A DNA stretch of 64,000 nt from Candidatus Edwardsbacteria bacterium. Its GTDB lineage: Bacteria; Edwardsbacteria; AC1; EtOH8. The stretch is taken from contig JAGVNJ010000050.1 in NCBI GenBank assembly GCA_020053305.1, forward strand, positions 368 to 64,367, written 5' to 3'. Shown piece after piece: positions 23,111 to 33,468 of the stretch. Positions within the stretch are counted from its first letter, which is position 1. Each line of letters starts with the position of its first letter. The translations under genes and the position numbers were made by a program. Below the pieces are notes generated by a model. The model worked only from the letters and a program-made list of their open reading frames with translations. It made no database searches and was not told where the DNA came from.

Positions 23111-24117
23111 GAACGGAACTGGCCGATCCGCGTATCAGCGTCATTATAGTAAACTGGAACGGTCTGTCCCTGCTTGAAGAATGCCTGCGATCTCTGGAAG
23201 GGCAGACATTTCGGGATTTCGAAATCATTCTGGTGGATAACGGCTCCAGCGATGGTTCGGCGGAATGGGTGCGCCGTAATTACCCTGAGGTGAGGTTGCT
23301 GGAACTGGAATCCAATACTGGCTTCAGCGCAGGGAACAACGCCGGGCTCAAGATAGCCAAAGGGGAATTCATCGCTTTGCTCAACAATGACACCAAGACC
23401 GACCCCGGCTGGCTGGAAGCCCTGGATAGCTGCATCCGATCCGATCCGAACATCGCCGCCTGTGATTCGATGATCCTCTATTACGACCAGCCACATTTAA
23501 TCTGGAGTTCCGGCGGCAGCTATACTGTGGCGGGGTCCGTTTTTGCCCGGTTAAACCGTGAACCGAATATGGGTAGTGAAAGAACACCGGTAGATGTTTT
23601 CATTGCAGTGGCCTGTGCCGCGCTTTACCGAAAAAAGGTAATTGATGAAATCGGTTTTTTTGATGAGGATTTTTTCAACGGATACGAGGACGTGGATTGG
23701 TCCTTCCGGGCCCACTTATTCGGCTATCGGATAGTCAACGAGCCCCGGGCCCGGGTCTATCACAAGGTTTCCTCCACTCAGGTGCATAACAGTCCGGAGT
23801 TCGTCTATAACGGACAACGCAATGTCAGCGCAGTTTTCATCAAGAATATGCCTCCCCCATTGCATTTTAAATATGGGCCCTTTCATTTGGCCTATACCCT
23901 GGGGAGCTGTCTCTATTTCGCCCGGACCGGCCAACTGCGGGCATTTTTGAGGGCCAAGAAGGATCTGGTCAGGATGCTTCCCGTCCTCTGGCAGAAAAGA
24001 AAAAGTATTCAGTCTAAGCGCCTCCTTGGGTCAAGGGAAGTTGACCGGTTGCTGGGAAAAAGGTGGCTGGGTGTGAAAGCCCGGAAATTCGGCAATAAAG
24101 ACCACGAGCTAAGCTAA
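23107..24117 (+). CDS. Glycosyltransferase family 2
   Basis: SVIIVNWNG...ILVDNGSSDGS GT2 motifs. ATGA start/stop overlap with the upstream gene. Confidence 0.8.
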   Translation: MRTELADPRISVIIVNWNGLSLLEECLRSLEGQTFRDFEIILVDNGSSDGSAEWVRRNYPEVRLLELESNTGFSAGNNAGLKIAKGEFIALLNNDTKTDPGWLEALDSCIRSDPNIAACDSMILYYDQPHLIWSSGGSYTVAGSVFARLNREPNMGSERTPVDVFIAVACAALYRKKVIDEIGFFDEDFFNGYEDVDWSFRAHLFGYRIVNEPRARVYHKVSSTQVHNSPEFVYNGQRNVSAVFIKNMPPPLHFKYGPFHLAYTLGSCLYFARTGQLRAFLRAKKDLVRMLPVLWQKRKSIQSKRLLGSREVDRLLGKRWLGVKARKFGNKDHELS

Positions 24118-24139
24118 AACCATTAATTAATGGATTTTA

Positions 24140-25381
24140 ATGAGACCGATCAGGGCAGTTTTCATTTGCCAGTACTATCCGCCGGAGCAGGCTCCCATCG
24201 GGGTGATGATCCGTGAACTGGCCGGGGATATGGTGAAAAACGGCCACCAGGTGACCGTGGTGACAGGTTTTCCCAACCATCCGGCAGGGATAATCTTTCC
24301 CGGTTACAGCCGAAGACTGGTCAGCGTATCTTGGGATGGCGGGGTCAAACTGATCCGGTGCTTTCTTCATATCTCGCCCCGCAAAACCATCTTCGGACGG
24401 CTGTTGAACTTCGCCAGCTTCGGGATCACCTCCTTTCTGGCGGTGCTGTTCTTGGAAAAACCTGACCTGATGCTGGTTGTGTCCCCCCCGTTGTCCAACG
24501 GCCTTACGGCCATGATGCTCAAGGGCCTTAAAGGGTGCCGCTATATATTCAACGTCCAGGACATCTATCCCGACGCCGCCGTGAGTGGGGGGGTGGTCAA
24601 GCACCGGGGACTGATTGGCCTTTTAACAAAGCTGGAGATGGCGATCTACCAAAGATCCCATAAGGTGACGGTCATCTCCGAGGGGTTCAAGGAAAATCTG
24701 ATCCTAAAGGGGATCGACCCAGCCAAGATAGACATAATCTACAACTGGATAGACGCCTCCGAGATCGGGCCCCAGCCCCGGGAAAATGATTTTTCCCTGA
24801 AGCAGGGACTGGCCGGAAAATTCGTGGTGCTGTACTCGGGGACCATCGGGGTGATATCAGGGGCGGAGATAATTATTGAGTGCGCCCTAAGGCTCAACCA
24901 CCATCCGGATATTTTATTTCTGCTGGTAGGGGAGGGCGTAGTCAAGGAGAGGATACGAAAGGCCGCCAGCCAGAAGGGCCTTAATAACATTCAATTTCTG
25001 CCTTTCCAGCCCCGGGAAATATTATCGGAGGTGCTTTCCAGCGCCGATATCACCATGGTTACCCTGGGGAAAAACAAGGGAAAAAGTTCGGTGCCCAGTA
25101 AAATACTGGGATATATGGCTGCGGCTAAGCCGGTGTTGGCCAGCCTCGATCTGGACAGCGATACCGCCAGGTTAATCGATAGGGCCCAATGCGGCATCTG
25201 TGTCTCAGCTGAAGATGCGGACAGCTTGTCCGCAGCGATCTCATCCATGTACGACGACCCGGTCCGGATCGGCAAGCTGGGGCAAAATGGGAGAGAATAC
25301 TTGCTGAAATACTGCGAACGAAAATCAGCCACCGCCCAGTACCGAAAACTGATGGAAGAATGTGTCAATCGGAAAACATGA
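24140..25381 (+). CDS. Glycosyltransferase family 4 (WcaI-like)
   Basis: N-terminus FICQYYPPEQAPIGVMIRELAGDMVKNGHQVTVVTGFPNHP is typical of the WcaI/GT4 subgroup. Confidence 0.75.
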   Translation: MRPIRAVFICQYYPPEQAPIGVMIRELAGDMVKNGHQVTVVTGFPNHPAGIIFPGYSRRLVSVSWDGGVKLIRCFLHISPRKTIFGRLLNFASFGITSFLAVLFLEKPDLMLVVSPPLSNGLTAMMLKGLKGCRYIFNVQDIYPDAAVSGGVVKHRGLIGLLTKLEMAIYQRSHKVTVISEGFKENLILKGIDPAKIDIIYNWIDASEIGPQPRENDFSLKQGLAGKFVVLYSGTIGVISGAEIIIECALRLNHHPDILFLLVGEGVVKERIRKAASQKGLNNIQFLPFQPREILSEVLSSADITMVTLGKNKGKSSVPSKILGYMAAAKPVLASLDLDSDTARLIDRAQCGICVSAEDADSLSAAISSMYDDPVRIGKLGQNGREYLLKYCERKSATAQYRKLMEECVNRKT

Positions 25382-25971
25382 TACGAAAAATGTCATTAAG
25401 GGATATTGACCCGGTGGTGCAGGCGCATCTTTTGAGTTTCCCGAAATTCTTTTTAAGCATTTTGGGCCCCAGGTTTTTGTCCCTGTACTATACGTTCCTG
25501 TGTTCGGATCCTGACGGTATCGCCCTGGTGGGACTTAACCAGACTGGTCGGATAACAGGGTTCGTGGCCGGGACCACCAACCCTAGGGGCTTTTATACCC
25601 GACTACTGAAAAAACAGTGGCTGAAATTCGCTGCAGCATCCTTTACGGCCGTGTTAAAAAAACCGTCGCTCATTCCACGACTGCTGGGAGCCTTGAACTA
25701 CCCAAAAGAAAATCCGGCTGGCCTGGATGTGGCCGGCCTATACTCGATAGGAATATTGCCCAGTGATCAGCAGCAGGGAATGGGGAGGCAGCTGGTGGCG
25801 GAGTTCCTTAAAGAAGCCCGGAATCTGGGGTGTCGGCAGGTATTTTTGACCACCGACCGGGACGATAACCAGAGAGTGAATAACTTTTATCAAAAAAATG
25901 GATTTACTGTCAAACGCCAATTTATTACACCCCAGGGGCGCCGGATGAACGAATATCGGACAGATCTATGA
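25360..25971 (+). CDS. GNAT family N-acetyltransferase
   Basis: Acetyl-CoA-binding motif QQQGMGRQLV and C-terminal NNFYQKNGF. Confidence 0.7.
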   Translation: MCQSENMIRKMSLRDIDPVVQAHLLSFPKFFLSILGPRFLSLYYTFLCSDPDGIALVGLNQTGRITGFVAGTTNPRGFYTRLLKKQWLKFAAASFTAVLKKPSLIPRLLGALNYPKENPAGLDVAGLYSIGILPSDQQQGMGRQLVAEFLKEARNLGCRQVFLTTDRDDNQRVNNFYQKNGFTVKRQFITPQGRRMNEYRTDL

Positions 25972-27176
25972 TGAACAAAGACAAGGCGGTAAATTTTCTG
26001 GATCAGACAACCCAACTGGCCATGGTGGGGTTCGTGGCCTCGCTTCCGGTGTCCATCGCCTTCACCCAAAGCTCGCTGTTCGTGGGCTGGGTGGCCTGGC
26101 TCTTGAAATGCCTGGTGGAAAAAAAATGGAATGGTTTCAAAACCCCGCTGGACCTAGCCGTTGGCCTGTTTTTGGTCTCGGCCCTGCTTTCGACAGCCTT
26201 TTCATTGTCCCCCGGGGAAAGTTTCATAAGTTTAAAAAAATTCTATCTGCTTTCGGCTGTTTATTTTATAGGGTTCAACGTCAAGAGCCCTGCCAGGCTG
26301 TTGGAATTGATAAAACTATTTTTGCTGATGACCGTATTAACGGGAGTATACGGCTTGGTGATGTTTGGATCCGGATACCAACCCCGGCTGCTGGCTGCCC
26401 AGGGAATGGCCATGACTTCCGGCGGGATATTCATGATGGCTGGATTGCTGGCTGTTGCATGGTGCCAATATTCATTTACATCGGTTGACAAACCAAACAG
26501 GATTTTATCTCTAATCTTCTCTGGTATGCTGTTTGTCTCCCTTATCCTAACACGAACGGTCAGTTCTTGGTTTGGGTTTATAGCCGGTGTTTCTGCATCA
26601 TTAAAAACTTGGAGAAAGCGGGCCGTCGTTTTGGGACTCGCCTTAGTAATGCTGGCTAGTGTAGTGATTGGCGTAAAAAATCTAAGATGGTCATTTATGC
26701 TATTTTACGGCAATAAATCTACTTCTTGGGATATGCGGCTGAGCATGTGGAGAATGGGGGGGGACCTAATCAAAGAGCATCCAGTATTGGGTACCGGCAT
26801 GGTGGATTTGGGCCTCCTGTTAAAAGCTAAAATGACGCCTGCCGATGAACTTGTTTGGCAAAATATTCCCATAGGCGGGCACTTGCATAACAATTTCATC
26901 CATATCGCCGTAACTAGGGGGCTTTTAGGTCTAACCGCTTTTATTTTTATATGGGTTTCTATTTTTGCAATGTTGATTAAGCTTATAAGATCAAAATCCC
27001 ATATTACAGTAATATTTGCAAGGGGGATTTTTTCAGTGGTAATCGGCTTTTTGATCAACGGGCTGGCCGAGTGGAATTTTGGTGATTCCGAAGTGGTAAC
27101 AATATTGTGGTTTGTTGCGGGGCTATCCCTGTCAATAGGGCATCTGGAGAAAATAAATGAGAATCATACTAAGTAA
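25968..27176 (+). CDS. O-antigen ligase family protein (Wzy_C domain; WaaL-like or PglL-like O-oligosaccharyltransferase)
   Basis: About 10 TM segments with a periplasmic loop containing the Wzy_C-like block (NNFIHIAVTRGLLGL). Lies immediately upstream of the PglC-PglF-PglE-PglD-like cassette. Confidence 0.6.
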   Translation: MMNKDKAVNFLDQTTQLAMVGFVASLPVSIAFTQSSLFVGWVAWLLKCLVEKKWNGFKTPLDLAVGLFLVSALLSTAFSLSPGESFISLKKFYLLSAVYFIGFNVKSPARLLELIKLFLLMTVLTGVYGLVMFGSGYQPRLLAAQGMAMTSGGIFMMAGLLAVAWCQYSFTSVDKPNRILSLIFSGMLFVSLILTRTVSSWFGFIAGVSASLKTWRKRAVVLGLALVMLASVVIGVKNLRWSFMLFYGNKSTSWDMRLSMWRMGGDLIKEHPVLGTGMVDLGLLLKAKMTPADELVWQNIPIGGHLHNNFIHIAVTRGLLGLTAFIFIWVSIFAMLIKLIRSKSHITVIFARGIFSVVIGFLINGLAEWNFGDSEVVTILWFVAGLSLSIGHLEKINENHTK

Positions 27177-27215
27177 GTGTAAATCATTGACTTTGCAGTC
27201 AACAATAGGTGGACA

Positions 27216-27770
27216 ATGAAAAGGATATTTGATATAATAACGTCGATAACATTGATTATCCTATTAACGCCATTTGCGATAGTAATCGCCCTTATAATTG
27301 CGTTGGAGTCACGGGGCGGTGTGTTTTTTACCCAGGATAGGGGTGGGATCAACGGTAGGGCATTTAAGATATTCAAATTCAGGACAATGATTCCAGGAGC
27401 CGAAAACAAGGGCCCTTTGCTGACGGTTAGAAATGACCCCAGAGTAACGAAAGTGGGCAGCTTTTTACGGAGGTGGAGCCTGGACGAACTGCCCCAGCTT
27501 TTTAATATTATCAAAGGGGATATGAGCTTAGTGGGACCGCGGCCGGAGATACTTCCAATAGTTAAAAATTACACCGAATGGCAAAGATTGGTTTTTCTTG
27601 TAAAACCCGGCTTGTCCGGGTTCTCACAGGTGATGGGCCGTGATGATCTGTCGATTGAAACCAAGCTGAGGCTGGATATATATTATATCCGGCATCATAG
27701 TTTCTGTTTTGATATGTGGATAATCTGGAAAACCGTGGTCATTGTCCTAACCGGGAAAGGCGCTTTTTAA
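27216..27770 (+). CDS. Small monotopic phosphoglycosyltransferase (PglC/WecP-like bacterial sugar transferase)
   Basis: Single N-terminal re-entrant helix followed by KIFKFRTM...DELPQLFNIIKGDMSLVGPRPE, the catalytic core of small PGTs. Confidence 0.8.
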   Translation: MKRIFDIITSITLIILLTPFAIVIALIIALESRGGVFFTQDRGGINGRAFKIFKFRTMIPGAENKGPLLTVRNDPRVTKVGSFLRRWSLDELPQLFNIIKGDMSLVGPRPEILPIVKNYTEWQRLVFLVKPGLSGFSQVMGRDDLSIETKLRLDIYYIRHHSFCFDMWIIWKTVVIVLTGKGAF

Positions 27771-27782
27771 TAATGAATCTGG

Positions 27783-29614
27783 TGGAGAGAAATCGTTGGT
27801 GGCTGGTTCTGGTTGACGCAATATTGATAAATATTGCGTTGTGGGGGGCATTGGCCCTACGGTTTGATTTCGCCATACCCTACAAAAGCAACTATTGGGA
27901 TATCGCCCTGTACATCACGGCCGTCCGGCTGGCCTTTCTGACATTTGCCGGTGCCTATAAAGGGGTCTGGCGTTACATCGGAATCAGCGATCTGATTGCC
28001 ATTTTCAAGGCGGTGACTTTGGGTTCGCTGGTGGTAGCGGCCACCTCGCTATTTTTGGCCCGGGAGTTGAGCTATCCCCGCAGCGTGATCATCATCGAGT
28101 GGCTGGGAGATATTATATTGATAGGGGGCTTAAGGTTCCTTGTGAGGATAGTCCATCAGCATAGCAAAATCTCCAAAACCAAAGGAGTTCCCCAGAAAAA
28201 GGTGTTGATAATCGGCGCCGGCGATGCCGGGGAGATGGTGGTCCGCCAGATGATGGCCCATCCGGAGTACGGGTATCAACCGATTGGTTTCATCGACGAC
28301 GACCCAAAGAAAAAGGGTAGAGAGATTCACCGGTTTCCGATCCTGGGCGGGAGGGCAGACATCGACCGCCTGGCGGAGGAAAATAAGATTCAGGAGATAA
28401 TAATCGCCATTCCTTCGGCGACCGGCTCGGTGGTCAGGGAGGTGATCGAGCAGTGCCATTCGGCCAGGCTGAAGTTCAAGATCGTCCCGGGGATAAAAGA
28501 GATAATCGAAGGCGGGGTCAGCATCAACCAGATCCGTGACATCGAACTTGAGGATCTCTTGCGGAGACCGTCGGTGAATATCGCGCTTGAAGAGATAGCA
28601 GGTTATCTGGCAAATAAAACCGTTATGGTCACCGGGGCCGGGGGCTCGATCGGCTCGGAGCTCTGCAGGCAGATCGTTTCCTTCAGCCCCGGGTCGCTGA
28701 TTCTGCTGGGCAAGGGCGAGAACAGCCTGTATGACATCTCCACTGAACTTTCCCGCAGCCATCCGGGACAAAAAACCGAGACCCTGATCTGCGACGTGGC
28801 TGACATCAAAAGGGTTGATCACATATTCGCCAAACATATACCCCAGGTGGTTTTTCACGCCGCGGCCCACAAACATGTTCCCATGATGGAGCATAACCCC
28901 GGCGAGGCGGTCAAGAATAACATCTTCGGCACCAAGGCGGTGGCCGAGGCGGCCCTGAAACACCGGGCTGAAAGATTCGTCATGATCTCCACCGACAAGG
29001 CGGTCAATCCCACCAGCGTGATGGGGGCCACCAAGCGCATCTCGGAAAAGGTGATAATGGCCCTGGTGGGCCGGGGCCGGACCAAATTCATGGCGGTGCG
29101 TTTCGGCAATGTTCTGGGGAGCCGCGGCAGTGTGGTCCCGCTGTTCAAAAAGCAGATTGCCGCCGGAGGGCCGGTCACGGTCACCCACCCGGATATGGAG
29201 CGTTATTTTATGACCATCCCCGAAGCAGTCCAATTGGTGATCCAGGCCGGGGCCATGGGACAGGGCGGGGAGGTGTTCGTGCTGGACATGGGCAAGCCGG
29301 TCAAGATAGTGGATCTGGCCCGGGACATGATCAAACTTTCGGGGTTCGATCCCGATTCGGAGATCAAGATCGAATTCACCGGGCTGCGGCCGGGTGAGAA
29401 GCTTTACGAAGAACTTCTGACCGCCGAGGAGGGGGTGGGAGCCACCAGGCATGCCCAGATATTCATGGTTAAGGGGAAACATGCCAGGCTAAAGGAACTG
29501 CCCCGGCTGCTGTCGCCCCTGCAGAGGACCGCAATATCCGGCGAGCCGGATGCGGTGGTGGAGGCCATCAAAAAAATATTGCCCAGCTTCAGGAATGATG
29601 AAAATGCCGGATGA
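27783..29614 (+). CDS. UDP-N-acetylglucosamine 4,6-dehydratase (PglF/CapD/WbpM-like polysaccharide biosynthesis protein)
   Basis: Four N-terminal TM segments, a Rossmann VLIIGAGDAGE and a second Rossmann VMVTGAGGSIGSEL. Typical WbpM/CapD architecture. Confidence 0.85.
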
Positions 29615-29645
29615 CAGATATTCCAACCGGTCCCGGAGGGAAAGT

Positions 29646-30794
29646 ATGCTGCCATTCTCCCCGCCCGATATCGGACAGGAGGAGATAGATGAGGTGGTCG
29701 ATTCCCTGCGTTCCGGCTGGATAACCACCGGTCCCAAGACCGCCAGATTTGAACAGGCGCTGAGAGAATATCTGGGTTGCGAAAATGTCATAGCTTTGAA
29801 TTCCGCCACCGCCGGACTGTTTCTGTGCCTTAAGGCTCTGGGCATCGGCCCGGGCGATGAGGTGATCACCACTCCCTACACTTTTGCCGCCACGGTCAAT
29901 ATCATTCTGCATGCCGGCGCGGTCCCGGTGCTGGTGGATGTCCGCCGTGAGGATTTCAACCTTGACCCGATCCGGGTCAAAGAGGCTGTGACCAAAAGAA
30001 CCAGGGCGGTGATCCCGGTGCATTTCGCCGGCCGAAGCTGCGATATGGACGCCATCGGTGCCATTGCCAAAAGGCATGATCTGGCTGTCATCGAGGACGC
30101 CGCCCACGCCATCGGCTCGGAATACCGGGGCCGGAAGATAGGCTCCATCAGCCGCTTCACCGTTTTCAGTTTCCATGCAGTAAAGAATCTGACCACCGGG
30201 GAGGGCGGTGCCGTAACCACCAACGACGGCGGCATGGCCGACCGGCTCCGGGCCATGGCCCTGCACGGGATGGACAAGGATGCTTGGAAAAGATTCGCCC
30301 CCGGCGGCCGGTGGCAGTATGATATCGTCACCCCGGGCTATAAATATAACATGATGGACTTACAGGCGGCCCTGGGCATCCACCAGCTGCGCAAATTGGA
30401 TGGCAATTTGATCAAGCGGAAAAATATTGTCGACCAATACCGCAATGGGCTGTCCGGAATTCCGCAGATCGCGCTGCCCGGGGATCCCGCCGACGGCCGC
30501 CATTGCTGGCACCTTTTCCCGTTGCTGATAGATTTCGCCAAACTGAAGATCGACCGGGATCGTTTCATCGAGCTGCTACAGCAGGAGAATATCAGCAGCA
30601 ATGTGCATTACCTGCCGGTGCATTTGTTCTCCTACTACCGCGAAACCCTGGGGTTCAAGCCCGGCGATCTCCCGGTGGCGGAGGATCTGTCGGCCAGGGA
30701 GATCACCCTGCCGCTGTATACCCGAATGACGCCGGGCGATGTGGGCGATGTTATTTGTGCGGTAAGAAAAATACTTTTCAATAATATAAAGTAA
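29646..30794 (+). CDS. DegT/DnrJ/EryC1/StrS-family PLP aminotransferase (PglE-like sugar 4-aminotransferase)
   Basis: Family hallmarks: FEQALREYLGCENVIALNSATAGL and the FSFHAVKNLTTGEGG lysine region. Confidence 0.85.
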   Translation: MLPFSPPDIGQEEIDEVVDSLRSGWITTGPKTARFEQALREYLGCENVIALNSATAGLFLCLKALGIGPGDEVITTPYTFAATVNIILHAGAVPVLVDVRREDFNLDPIRVKEAVTKRTRAVIPVHFAGRSCDMDAIGAIAKRHDLAVIEDAAHAIGSEYRGRKIGSISRFTVFSFHAVKNLTTGEGGAVTTNDGGMADRLRAMALHGMDKDAWKRFAPGGRWQYDIVTPGYKYNMMDLQAALGIHQLRKLDGNLIKRKNIVDQYRNGLSGIPQIALPGDPADGRHCWHLFPLLIDFAKLKIDRDRFIELLQQENISSNVHYLPVHLFSYYRETLGFKPGDLPVAEDLSAREITLPLYTRMTPGDVGDVICAVRKILFNNIK

Positions 30795-30805
30795 AAGGCG
30801 CTTAA

Positions 30806-31381
30806 ATGAGCGACTATTTTGTGCACGAAAGCGCATACGTAGATCAGCCGGCCGAGATCGGCAGCGGAACCAAGATCTGGCATTTTTGCCATGTGTCGAA
30901 AGGGGCCAAGATTGGTCGGGATTGTTCTCTGGGCCAGAATGTTTATGTGGGCAGTCGAGTAGAAATAGGCAATAACTGCAAGATACAGAACAATGTCTCG
31001 ATCTACGACCTGGTGACCCTGGAGGATAATGTATTCTGCGGGCCCTCCATGGTCTTTACCAATGACATGAACCCCCGGGCGGCTTTTCCCAAGGGCGGCA
31101 AATGGATTCCCACCCTGGTCAAGACCGGGGCCAGCCTGGGCGCCAACTGCACCATCGTCTGCGGCTACACCATAGGAAAACATGCCTTTGTGGCGGCCGG
31201 CTCGGTGGCCCGCTTCGATGTTCCCGATTATGCCATAGTGGCCGGGGTGCCGGCCAAAATAATCGGCTGGATGTGCGAATGCGGCGGACGGCTGGATTTC
31301 GGCAAAGCAACCGAGTGCGCCTGTGGGTCCTGCCAGAGAAAGTATCAGAAAAAAAGCGATAATTTGGTGGAAAAACTGTAA
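30806..31381 (+). CDS. Hexapeptide-repeat N-acetyltransferase (PglD/WbpD-like)
   Basis: Left-handed beta-helix hexapeptide repeats throughout ([27 protein letters not shown]). Immediately downstream of the aminotransferase. Confidence 0.75.
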   Translation: MSDYFVHESAYVDQPAEIGSGTKIWHFCHVSKGAKIGRDCSLGQNVYVGSRVEIGNNCKIQNNVSIYDLVTLEDNVFCGPSMVFTNDMNPRAAFPKGGKWIPTLVKTGASLGANCTIVCGYTIGKHAFVAAGSVARFDVPDYAIVAGVPAKIIGWMCECGGRLDFGKATECACGSCQRKYQKKSDNLVEKL

Positions 31382-32454
31382 TGATCGATCTGGATAATAT
31401 TGACTCCCAGTTGCTGGCCAGGCTGGATCCCTATGGCATGGGAAAGATAATCGCGGATTTTCCTTCGCAATGCCGCCGGGCCGTCGAGATCGCCCGGAAT
31501 GCTGATATCAAACTGCCCCGGACCGCCTATCGTAATATCGTGATCTGCGGGATGGGCGGCTCGGCCATCGCCGGGGACATCCTGGCTTCCTGCCTGGCAG
31601 AGGTGATGCCATCGGCGATCTTTGTCCAGCGCAACTACGGCCTGCCTGGGTGGGTGGGAAAGGACGACCTGGTGATAGCCAGCAGCTATTCCGGGGAGAC
31701 CGAGGAGACTTTGTCTGATTTTGAGGAGGCCCTGAAAAGGAAATCCACCGTGGCGGCCATAACCTCCGGCGGGAAATTAAAGGAAAGGTGCCTGTCTCTG
31801 GGCCTCCCGTTCATAACCATACCCGGGGGATTGCCGCCCCGGGGCGCTTTGGGCTACTCTTTTTTCACCCTGTTGGGATTGTTCAAATCAAGCGGCCTGA
31901 TATCCGATCAGGCAGAGGCCCTGGATGAGACATTGGCTATCCTGGGAAAAATGTCCGGCGACTATTCGGCTGACAAACCCGGCAGGGAGAATAAAGCCAA
32001 GCAGATCGCCACGGATATTTACGGATATATGCCGGTGGTCTATGCCTCTGCTGACCTGCTGACTCCGGCGGCCAGGCGCTGGGCCAACCAATTGAACGAG
32101 AACGCCAAAATACTTTCCTACTGGGCGGCCATGCCGGAATTGTGCCATAACGAGATCGTGGGCTGGGAAAAGCTGCCTGATGTCGGGTCGAAGGCTAAGA
32201 TTATTTTTCTGCAGGATTCCGGCGATCATCCCAGGAACAACTTGCGTTTTGATGTATTGCAGGGTATAATTAATTCCGAATCGGCCGGAATAATTAAAAT
32301 TCAAAGCCAAGGCAGATCAAAGTTGGCCCGGATGTTCTCTTTATTGTATCTGGCTGATTACATAAGTTATTATCTGGCGCTTTTAAACGAGGTGGATCCC
32401 ATGCCGGTAAAGAGGATCGACCGGCTGAAATCGGTGCTTAAGGAAAGAAGATGA
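31381..32454 (+). CDS. Bifunctional phosphoglucose/phosphomannose isomerase (SIS-domain, archaeal-type PGI/PMI)
   Basis: Two SIS-like halves with the characteristic GMGGSAIAGD motif and about 350-aa length. Confidence 0.65.
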   Translation: MIDLDNIDSQLLARLDPYGMGKIIADFPSQCRRAVEIARNADIKLPRTAYRNIVICGMGGSAIAGDILASCLAEVMPSAIFVQRNYGLPGWVGKDDLVIASSYSGETEETLSDFEEALKRKSTVAAITSGGKLKERCLSLGLPFITIPGGLPPRGALGYSFFTLLGLFKSSGLISDQAEALDETLAILGKMSGDYSADKPGRENKAKQIATDIYGYMPVVYASADLLTPAARRWANQLNENAKILSYWAAMPELCHNEIVGWEKLPDVGSKAKIIFLQDSGDHPRNNLRFDVLQGIINSESAGIIKIQSQGRSKLARMFSLLYLADYISYYLALLNEVDPMPVKRIDRLKSVLKERR

Positions 32455-33428
32455 AGGTAATAATTCCGGTGGCCGGGGCCGGGACCCGCTTGCGGCCCCA
32501 CACCCATACCACCCCCAAGGTCCTGATCTCGGTGGCGGGAAAGCCGATGATCGGCCACATACTGGACCAGTTGATCGGCCTGCCGATAGACCAGATCGTG
32601 ATGGTGGTGGGGCAGATGGGCGATCAGATAAAAGAATATGTGAGCGGCAACTATAAGTTCAAAGTAAGATACATCATCCAGCAGGAGGCCAAGGGTCTGG
32701 CCGATGCCATCTACCTTACCAGGGAGGCGGTCAAAAAGGACGACGCCCTGGTAATTCTGGGCGACACCATATTCAGCACCGATTTTAAAAAACTGCTGTC
32801 CAAAAAAAACAGCCAGATTGGGGTCAAGGAGGTCAGCGACCCCCGGCGTTTCGGGGTGGTGGAGCATCATCACGGCAAGATCACCAAACTGGTGGAGAAA
32901 CCGGAACATCCCCAGAGCAATCTGGCCATCGTCGGCATCTACCTGATGAAAGATATGCCGAGGCTGTATAGGGCCATCGGCACCCTGATGGAAAAGAACA
33001 TCAGGACCAAGGGCGAATACCAGCTGACCGACGCCCTGCAACTGCTGATAGACCGGGGGCAGACCATGGAGACCTTCGCCGTCGACGGCTGGTACGACTG
33101 CGGCAAGCCGGAGACCCTGCTGGATACCAACCGGCAGCTGCTGGACCTTTATCCCCAAAAATCCGCTAAAATAAAAGGGGCGGTGATCAACAGCCCGGTT
33201 TCCATAGACTCCTGCGCCCGGATCGAAAATTCGGTGATCGGGCCCTATGTGTCGGTGGCCGCCGGGAGCCGAATAAAGAACGCCATAATCAGCGATACCA
33301 TCATCGGCAAGAATGCATGCCTGGAATCGATCATGCTTCAAAAATCCATCATAGGCGACAACGCCGTGGTCAAGGGGAAACAGCGGAAACTGAGCGTGGG
33401 AGACGGCTCCGAAGTGGATATTTCATAA
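32451..33428 (+). CDS. Sugar-phosphate nucleotidyltransferase with C-terminal hexapeptide domain
   Basis: N-terminal IIPVAGAGTRLRPHT signature of the RmlA/GlmU/ManC NTP-transferase fold. C-terminal LbH repeats. Substrate (G1P vs M1P) not resolvable by eye. Confidence 0.7.
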   Translation: MKVIIPVAGAGTRLRPHTHTTPKVLISVAGKPMIGHILDQLIGLPIDQIVMVVGQMGDQIKEYVSGNYKFKVRYIIQQEAKGLADAIYLTREAVKKDDALVILGDTIFSTDFKKLLSKKNSQIGVKEVSDPRRFGVVEHHHGKITKLVEKPEHPQSNLAIVGIYLMKDMPRLYRAIGTLMEKNIRTKGEYQLTDALQLLIDRGQTMETFAVDGWYDCGKPETLLDTNRQLLDLYPQKSAKIKGAVINSPVSIDSCARIENSVIGPYVSVAAGSRIKNAIISDTIIGKNACLESIMLQKSIIGDNAVVKGKQRKLSVGDGSEVDIS

Positions 33429-33468
33429 ACAAGAACAAATATAAACCATAAAATCCAAGGAGTGTAAA

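Noticed and set aside
28130-29482. 450-aa minus-strand ORF (and similar long antisense ORFs at 151-684, 2571-3065, 15156-15956, 33370-34536, 34490-35932, 45163-45864, 47241-48110, 48566-50077, 53175-54221, 60921-62222)
   Set aside because: All lie antisense to strongly supported + strand genes in high-GC DNA. Their translations are low-complexity G/P/R/H/A-rich with no motifs. They are typical stop-codon-poor shadow frames of GC-rich coding sequence.
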